Virus record (IMG/VR): IMGVR_UViG_3300025133_000072
Span: 11,721 to 75,720 of that record
From: a virus
DNA: 64,000 bases
Reading direction: 5' to 3' (one strand)
This document shows positions 58,469 to 64,000 of this stretch, in pieces; position 1 is the first letter of the stretch, and every line of letters starts with the position of its first letter. Made by a program: the position numbers and the translations under genes. The notes under the pieces were generated by a model. It was given only the letters and a program-made list of their open reading frames with translations, ran no database searches and was not told where the DNA came from.

Positions 58469-59473
58469 ATGTCCAGGTACGGGGTTCTGTCAGTTCGAAA
58501 TGATTGGAAGCCTTGCATAGAGTGTTACCAGCTTTACTTCAGAATCGACACTGTGCGAGAGGATGATGATGTCTGTGATTGGTGTCATTACATAGGTGAT
58601 GAACAGAACTATCAGAAACTCGAACACGAGGAATACAAAGAGCCGAGAAAAACGGCATCCTACGTGTACGAGAATAAAAAACTTCCTGTAGGTATTACAA
58701 AGACTGAAAAAGGATATAAGGTTCATCGGTTCAAGGTAGGCTACACCTTCTCTACCCAAAGAGATCCCAAAGGGGCCAGACGACTTGCCGGGATACTCAA
58801 CGAGCGATTCAGAAATAGCTTTAACAAAGAAGAGGCTTTGTTAGCTCGTGAGGACTTCCTTCTAAAGCATCCTGAATGCATTACAAGAGCTTTGTTTTTT
58901 CCGAAAGGCGTGAGCTTCTCTTTCATGGGAAAACATCCAAGAGGGTATTACGGACGATTCAGGGTATACATTCCTTCTCATAAAATAGCCAAAGGCGTTT
59001 GGGTCAAGACAGTTCAGGATGTGAAGACCAAGATTCTGGAGGCTAAGAAATATCTGGAAGTGTGTGAGCAGATCAAGAAAGAAGAACTCCAGGGCAAAGT
59101 CTTTGGATCTTTGGAGATCAAGAGGCGTTTGGGGATGAGAGGCAAGACCCTTCCCAGAGGTATCAAAAAAGAAGGAAATGGATATAGCATCAATATCCAT
59201 GGAAAGAAAACTGACGGAACCTCCGGGAGAATTGTTTACGCCTACATTCCCAGGAACTTGTTTGAGTCTGAAGAATCGGCGGGAATGCAATTAGAGGATA
59301 TCCGGGAATATGCCCTGGAGTTTCGGAAGACTGAGGATATCCAGGCTTATATCGATTACAGGTATACCCTGATTCGATTCCAGTTTTACCAGAGACAGAT
59401 CAAACAAGATCACAAGAAAATGAATCTGTGGCATAAGAAGAACGCTGACGATTCCATTGACTCTGGTATTTAG
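58469..59473 (+). CDS. Protein with an N-terminal Zn site and three AP2-like DNA-binding repeats
   Basis: CIEC...CDWC; LPVGITK, FPKGVSF, LPRGIKK each followed by beta strands and a helix. Confidence 0.55.
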   Translation: MSRYGVLSVRNDWKPCIECYQLYFRIDTVREDDDVCDWCHYIGDEQNYQKLEHEEYKEPRKTASYVYENKKLPVGITKTEKGYKVHRFKVGYTFSTQRDPKGARRLAGILNERFRNSFNKEEALLAREDFLLKHPECITRALFFPKGVSFSFMGKHPRGYYGRFRVYIPSHKIAKGVWVKTVQDVKTKILEAKKYLEVCEQIKKEELQGKVFGSLEIKRRLGMRGKTLPRGIKKEGNGYSINIHGKKTDGTSGRIVYAYIPRNLFESEESAGMQLEDIREYALEFRKTEDIQAYIDYRYTLIRFQFYQRQIKQDHKKMNLWHKKNADDSIDSGI

Positions 59474-59551
59474 TAAAAGCCCTGTTCTGTTCTAATATAT
59501 CTTGAGATTTCTATTATAGATATGTTATATTTATATTAAAGGGAGGGAATT

Positions 59552-59824
59552 GTGAACTTTTTAATCATTGATGTAGAAACACATTCTGCCAGCTTTCTCA
59601 TACTAAGGCTTCGTAAACTCAAGAGCACAGTCGAGGTTCTGGACGGAGGCATGTATCACCAGGACAAATCATATAGTCAGGTCCATGTAGCTTCAGAAAA
59701 GACTGAGGATGAAATGGATAATTGGCTGTATAGCATAAATGGTGTTGATTACGTGGGCGTGGTGGAATCCACTGCCATGGCTCTTGGAATGGATTATTTG
59801 GTAGAGGAGGAGGATTGTAGGTAG
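59552..59824 (+). CDS. Small cassette protein
   Basis: Follows a variant of the repeated promoter at 59482-59551. Confidence 0.6.
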   Translation: MNFLIIDVETHSASFLILRLRKLKSTVEVLDGGMYHQDKSYSQVHVASEKTEDEMDNWLYSINGVDYVGVVESTAMALGMDYLVEEEDCR

Positions 59825-59993
59825 CTCAATAAAAAAATTTAAAAACCTTTCAGACAAGAAGGAAATTCTGAGGCTGTTTCCCACGATGGAAGATATCAGG
59901 GACCATACCAGGATAAGTAGATATTTTAGTCTAAAGCATTTCAGAAGGCTCAAGGAGGAGAAGGAGCTTTTTAGAGGCAGGAAGGAGGAATCA

Positions 59994-60275
59994 ATGAAGC
60001 CATTATCACCAGTACAGCAGAAGATCTACAACTACATTCTAGAATACTTTGGAAGGCAAGGAGTCGTACCACACACCACCGACATTCAGGACCATTTTCA
60101 ATACTCGGCCAACTCCACGGTTATTCAACACCTGGACGCTATTGAGACCAAGGGATACATTAAAAGGTTCCGACGACAGAAACGAAGTTACGCCATCTTG
60201 GATCTTCCGAGTCCTGGAAGCTTACCCAGAGTTCAAACTGGTGCCGGTGATGAAGATCCTCTCACACAAGGGTAA
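59994..60275 (+). CDS. LexA-like N-terminal DNA-binding domain only
   Basis: LSPVQQKIYNYI...P.TTDIQDHF...STVIQHLDAIETKGYIKR; SD AGGAGG; no S24 peptidase domain. Confidence 0.85.
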   Translation: MKPLSPVQQKIYNYILEYFGRQGVVPHTTDIQDHFQYSANSTVIQHLDAIETKGYIKRFRRQKRSYAILDLPSPGSLPRVQTGAGDEDPLTQG

Positions 60276-60516
60276 GGAGTTTGCTATCCATGATTGGTTG
60301 GAGGTTAAGTATATCCCCAGTGCTTCCCCTTTCGTGAGTCGGAATTATCCGGTGAATGTGTCTGAAGGAGAGTTTACAATCCGAGAGAAAGAGGATATGA
60401 CAGGCACTGTTCAACCAGGACTAGAGATCCTCATTATGTCATGAAGGCAAAGCTTTTTATCGGTGAGATCATGCACGAGATGAACACCAAGCACTACCTC
60501 GATCAGTAGTCTTTTA

Positions 60517-60651
60517 GACTTGTTCCGTTCTAATACCTCCTTGAGATTCTTATATAAACCTGTTATAATATATATGTAGGTGGGAAGAAGAGATCAGGCT
60601 CTCACCAATAAGGAAGTAGTAAATGCAGTACAAGAACTCAGGAGGTTCAAG
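60517..60651 (+). repeat. Repeated promoter-leader-RBS unit with a 37-nt insertion
   Basis: Matches the copies at 12235 (minus) and 19915 on both sides of 60595..60631. Confidence 0.85.
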
Positions 60652-60924
60652 ATGAATGTAGGGAATTTCAAAAAAAGCGTAAAGATAATAGGGAATAAAT
60701 ATGACAGATACTGTATCGTGGAGAGTCATAGGACCAATTCTGAGGGAACCCGTGATGAGAGCGGGAATCTTCTGGAAATCAAAGTTTCCGGAGATTTCTA
60801 CGGACTCATCCACCCACCCATATTGAAACTCATTGCTAAATTGGATGGGTTCAAAGCAGTCAAGACAACAGAGCCCGTTCTGGGTTACAGTTCCGTAATA
60901 ATTTATGTAGGTGAGGGGAAATAG
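60652..60924 (+). CDS. Small cassette protein
   Basis: AGGAGG SD. Confidence 0.65.
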   Translation: MNVGNFKKSVKIIGNKYDRYCIVESHRTNSEGTRDESGNLLEIKVSGDFYGLIHPPILKLIAKLDGFKAVKTTEPVLGYSSVIIYVGEGK

Positions 60925-60925
60925 A

Positions 60926-61234
60926 ATGGAAATTGCAAAGAACATTCTCAAGGTATTGGGTGGAACAGGTCGCATGAAAGTCATGACAGGAGCAAGAAAT
61001 TTTGTAGCTCTTAAAAATGGAGTCACATTTAGGATTCCAAAGATGTCAGGGGTCAAGGGAAATTTCGTGAAGATCACTCTCAGTTCCCTGGATCTCTACG
61101 ATTTAGAAGTGGGCAATATCAGGAAGAAAAAAGGAATTCCCACTTACAAGGTGAAGAGCGAAGTCACAGGGATTTATGCAGATACTCTCATGGAGGTTCT
61201 TGAGGGTGAGACAGGGATGTATTTCAGTTTATAG
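60926..61234 (+). CDS. Conserved phage hypothetical protein
   Basis: IAKNILKVLGG...MTGARNF...DLYD...GIYADTL...ETG. Confidence 0.7.
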   Translation: MEIAKNILKVLGGTGRMKVMTGARNFVALKNGVTFRIPKMSGVKGNFVKITLSSLDLYDLEVGNIRKKKGIPTYKVKSEVTGIYADTLMEVLEGETGMYFSL

Positions 61235-61313
61235 GAGTAGGGAATGAAAACATACAAAGCTATTTTCACAGAGGAAGGTAAGAAAGTTAATTAGGTGAAT
61301 CAGGAGGTTCAAA

Positions 61314-61673
61314 GTGGGTACTTATGTTTATGCTTTAGCAGGGAACAAAAAGAATTTTGTAGTTGATGGGAAGAAAGTCCCGGTTTATCTCCTTCGGTTT
61401 GTATCTCGTTCGAGTGACTGGAGCAAGCCGGATTATGCTTGGGATGGAGATATTGCAGCAACAACTAATTACGGGTATACCGAACTAAAAACTTTCCGTG
61501 ACAAATTGATCCGGAACCGAGAGAAGGCTAATGAGGTGGCTTGCGTAGCTAAGTATGCTTATATCGCAGACAGCTTTAAGAAAGTAGGAACCTTGATTAA
61601 GCTGGAAGATAACTTCGACGGAATCTGGATTGATACCGATCCTCATCCCGGTGAAATCATCGAAACAGTATAA
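61314..61673 (+). CDS. Hypothetical protein
   Basis: TCAGGAGGTTCA RBS, shared with the repeat family. Confidence 0.65.
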   Translation: MGTYVYALAGNKKNFVVDGKKVPVYLLRFVSRSSDWSKPDYAWDGDIAATTNYGYTELKTFRDKLIRNREKANEVACVAKYAYIADSFKKVGTLIKLEDNFDGIWIDTDPHPGEIIETV

Positions 61674-61679
61674 GTCAGA

Positions 61680-61792
61680 GCCCCTGGATTTCCGGGGGTT
61701 CCTTTCTAATACATCGTGGACACTCTTATAGAAATATGTTATACTATTATTGAAGGTGGGAAGTAAGAGGACAGAATTAAGGAGGTTGAATC
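61680..61792 (+). promoter_or_regulatory. Terminator + repeated promoter-leader unit
   Basis: gcccctgga-tt-tccgggggt, ttctaatac, tcttataga, tgttatact, aggtgggaag, aaggagg. Confidence 0.8.
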
Positions 61793-62209
61793 GTGGGGAT
61801 CGAATTTAGAGAGTGGGCAAATAGTTCTGTAACAATGCACAACACTAATGTCCCGTCTGTCTTAATTGACGGGTTCATTCGAACTAAGGAAGGCCCTTCT
61901 TATGGTCGTAGCCTTCTCAGGGTTACGGATTATGATCGTGAGTGGGCGAAAGAGGTCGGTTTAGTGGTTCGTCCGGGGGAAGGTCTTTTCAGGATCGAAA
62001 ACGCCTTTACTACCGTGGACAAGAATGGAGCCATATGGAATGCTTCCATTGTGAAGATCTCCAAGGCCGGAAGTCTCTACACTACAGAAGGGGACGAAGG
62101 GGAAGGAACTCTTCGTTGGAGTAAAGCAATGCCTTCCAGCCTCACACTTATCAACGTGGGCAGGGATGAGTATAGAGGTCTTACTCGCCCTTTATTGGAG
62201 ATTGAGTAA
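61793..62209 (+). CDS. Hypothetical cassette protein
   Basis: GTG start after AAGGAGG. Confidence 0.65.
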   Translation: MGIEFREWANSSVTMHNTNVPSVLIDGFIRTKEGPSYGRSLLRVTDYDREWAKEVGLVVRPGEGLFRIENAFTTVDKNGAIWNASIVKISKAGSLYTTEGDEGEGTLRWSKAMPSSLTLINVGRDEYRGLTRPLLEIE

Positions 62210-62230
62210 AACATAGGGTATCTTAGAATT

Positions 62231-62371
62231 ATGAAGAAGAAAAAAAGACATAAGAAACGAATAGGGCCTGAGCTGGCTCTACTTCTTCGATCCCGGTTTT
62301 CTTCCAAGGTGAAGACCTCCAAAAAGGTTTACAACAGAAAGAGGCAGGATGTCACCTCAAGAAATCTCTGA
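62231..62371 (+). CDS. 46-aa basic protein with an ArfA-like pattern (not in the ORF track)
   Basis: MKKKKRHKKRIGPELALLLRSRFSSKVKTSKKVYNRKRQDVTSRNL. Confidence 0.5.
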   Translation: MKKKKRHKKRIGPELALLLRSRFSSKVKTSKKVYNRKRQDVTSRNL

Positions 62372-62564
62372 CGAATTAGCTCCTCGATTGAAAGAAGCCC
62401 TTAAACATATCCACCAGGATTCGGAGCTATACAAGACTTATCTTCATTTGCTGGAAGATCCCGATACTTTTCCGATCCGCAAACTAGCGGATCTTTCTTT
62501 TTATTCAAATAAACCATTGTCTTTTAGTTTCAGAAAGATTAAGCTAAAGTTGGATAAGTTTTAG
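62349..62564 (+). CDS. Hypothetical protein
   Basis: SD GAGG. Confidence 0.45.
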   Translation: MSPQEISDELAPRLKEALKHIHQDSELYKTYLHLLEDPDTFPIRKLADLSFYSNKPLSFSFRKIKLKLDKF

Positions 62565-62598
62565 AAACACATCTGAATCTTATAATAAGGAGTTTATA

Positions 62599-62958
62599 TT
62601 GAAGAGGCATATGTTTTTTCTTGGCGTGGGCTTGATCCTGGTAGGGGTCGGGTTTTTTACCAAGGATATTTATACGATGCTCTTAGGGGCTCTTTTTGTT
62701 CTAGGTGAATCCCAGAATTCTTCGGACGAGATGGCGAAGTGTCACCACGAATTTATAGACGAAAAAATAGACCGTATTTATTTCCTTCTGGGGGAAGACC
62801 CCTCAGACCTCCCTAATATTCAAGCTACTATGGAAACTATCGGGTCTGTCAAACTCGGTGATGTGAAAGAGATTGAGGATGGAGTGCATTACAGAGCCGA
62901 CAGAATCTTGAACAAAGCTGAATTCGATAAAGTGTTTTGGATTGAATATGGGAAGTAA
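62599..62958 (+). CDS. Membrane protein
   Basis: Two short N-terminal hydrophobic segments; SD AAGGAG. Confidence 0.55.
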   Translation: MKRHMFFLGVGLILVGVGFFTKDIYTMLLGALFVLGESQNSSDEMAKCHHEFIDEKIDRIYFLLGEDPSDLPNIQATMETIGSVKLGDVKEIEDGVHYRADRILNKAEFDKVFWIEYGK

Positions 62959-63287
62959 AGACTTTCTTGATTCTCTCGCACAGGCTGGAGGTGGAGGGCT
63001 GCTTACCAATATAACTTCTTCAAATCTCACTGTGTTCAGATTGTGATGAGATCTTTGGGTTAGAGTCTGGAGAATTACAGGACAAGAAAGAAGACAAAAG
63101 AACCACCATGAAAGTTCATTCAGGGATGCCTCTCTTTACTGCACTAGAGCCCAGACATGAGTTATCCCTTGTTCGGTGGACAGCAAAATATTATAAGATT
63201 TTTTGTCGTGCAACATTGATACTGATAGGCATATTGGCAGGTTTGATAGGATTGCATATTTCGACAGGGTAGCGAAAGGCAGGAGGA

Positions 63288-63776
63288 ATGCTTCAGGTGC
63301 ATTTTAGGAATGATGAAGTTCGTAAGTTATACAAGAAATCAGGAGGGGTTAAAACCAAAGGATCTCTAGGATTCGATCTGGTTAATTCTCAGGACATCCA
63401 TGTTTACGGGGACGAGAAATTTCAACCAATAGAGATTGATTTCGGGATCATTGCCAAGGTAGATACTCCTGGATCTTTTCTCGCTATTTATCCCAGAAGC
63501 AGTTTATTCAAAAAGACTGGATTCATTATGGTGAATTCGGTAGGGATTATTGATCGAGATTATTGTGGGGCGGAGGATTGGCTTAAGGCTTTTGTCTGCA
63601 AGCTTGGAACAGGAAGAAGCAACGATTGGTACAAGGTTGTGGATACGGATGTTCTCCCAGCAGGGACCCCTCTTTTTCAATTACTTGTTCTTCGATCTCC
63701 AGGTGTGGGCGCCTTTGAAGAATTTGATCCTCCTGAGATTTCAAGAGGTGGGTTTGGATCTACTGATGAAGGGTGA
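63288..63776 (+). CDS. dut: Trimeric dUTPase
   Basis: GFDL, PRSS, NSVGIIDRDYCG, Q, RGGFGST. Confidence 0.92.
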   Translation: MLQVHFRNDEVRKLYKKSGGVKTKGSLGFDLVNSQDIHVYGDEKFQPIEIDFGIIAKVDTPGSFLAIYPRSSLFKKTGFIMVNSVGIIDRDYCGAEDWLKAFVCKLGTGRSNDWYKVVDTDVLPAGTPLFQLLVLRSPGVGAFEEFDPPEISRGGFGSTDEG

Positions 63777-63861
63777 TTTTCTTTTTTTATATGGGGATCA
63801 CACCGGCGGGTCCGGTCCCCCCGATCCGAAAGCCCGGTGTTTCAAAAACGGATCCCGAGAG

Positions 63862-63975
63862 CCCCAAAACGGAGAAATTCCTGCGACTAAAATTGGAGCT
63901 CAGTGGCGATTTGATAGAGAAGAAATCGACGAATGGGTCAAAATTCAGCCTAGGATTAGCAAATTTGAGAGGTAA
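63862..63975 (+). pseudogene. C-terminal fragment of an excisionase-family HTH
   Basis: GEIPATKIGAQWRFDREEIDEWV, with no N-terminal helix or start codon. Confidence 0.6.
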
Positions 63976-64000
63976 AGAAGGGAAGCGATGGCAATACATA

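Noticed and set aside
1-64000. tRNA/rRNA genes, reverse transcriptase/DGR, integrase, transposase
   Set aside because: No recognisable cloverleaf, RT, recombinase or DDE motifs seen by eye.

Overview
This 64-kb window is part of a large tailed-phage genome. The likely host is diderm, judged from a spanin-like gene pair. From left to right it contains: (i) glycine-rich virion/adhesin genes and a lysis pair; (ii) an accessory island (7.5-17 kb) built around a MoxR-like AAA+ ATPase, a HExxH-metallopeptidase/vWA protein and a DUF3150-like protein, surrounded by about 8 short divergent paralogues of the DUF3150-like core; (iii) a complete replication/recombination module: HARP-SNF2 helicase, primase, two methyltransferases, an iteron-containing initiator, DnaC, DnaB, a beta-like clamp, UDG-exonuclease and PolA as two ORFs, clamp loader, UvsY, gp32-like SSB, RecA, 5'-3' exonuclease, resolvase, split SbcC around SbcD, and an intein-containing class II RNR; (iv) a terminase large subunit fractured by a naturally split intein, followed by the portal; (v) small early-type genes, a LexA-like HTH and dUTPase. 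A family of about 10 repeated terminator/promoter/leader units drives the accessory genes, and several structured non-coding segments are present. Family names come from motif recognition by eye, not database searches. A few single-base frameshifts in accessory genes could be assembly errors.
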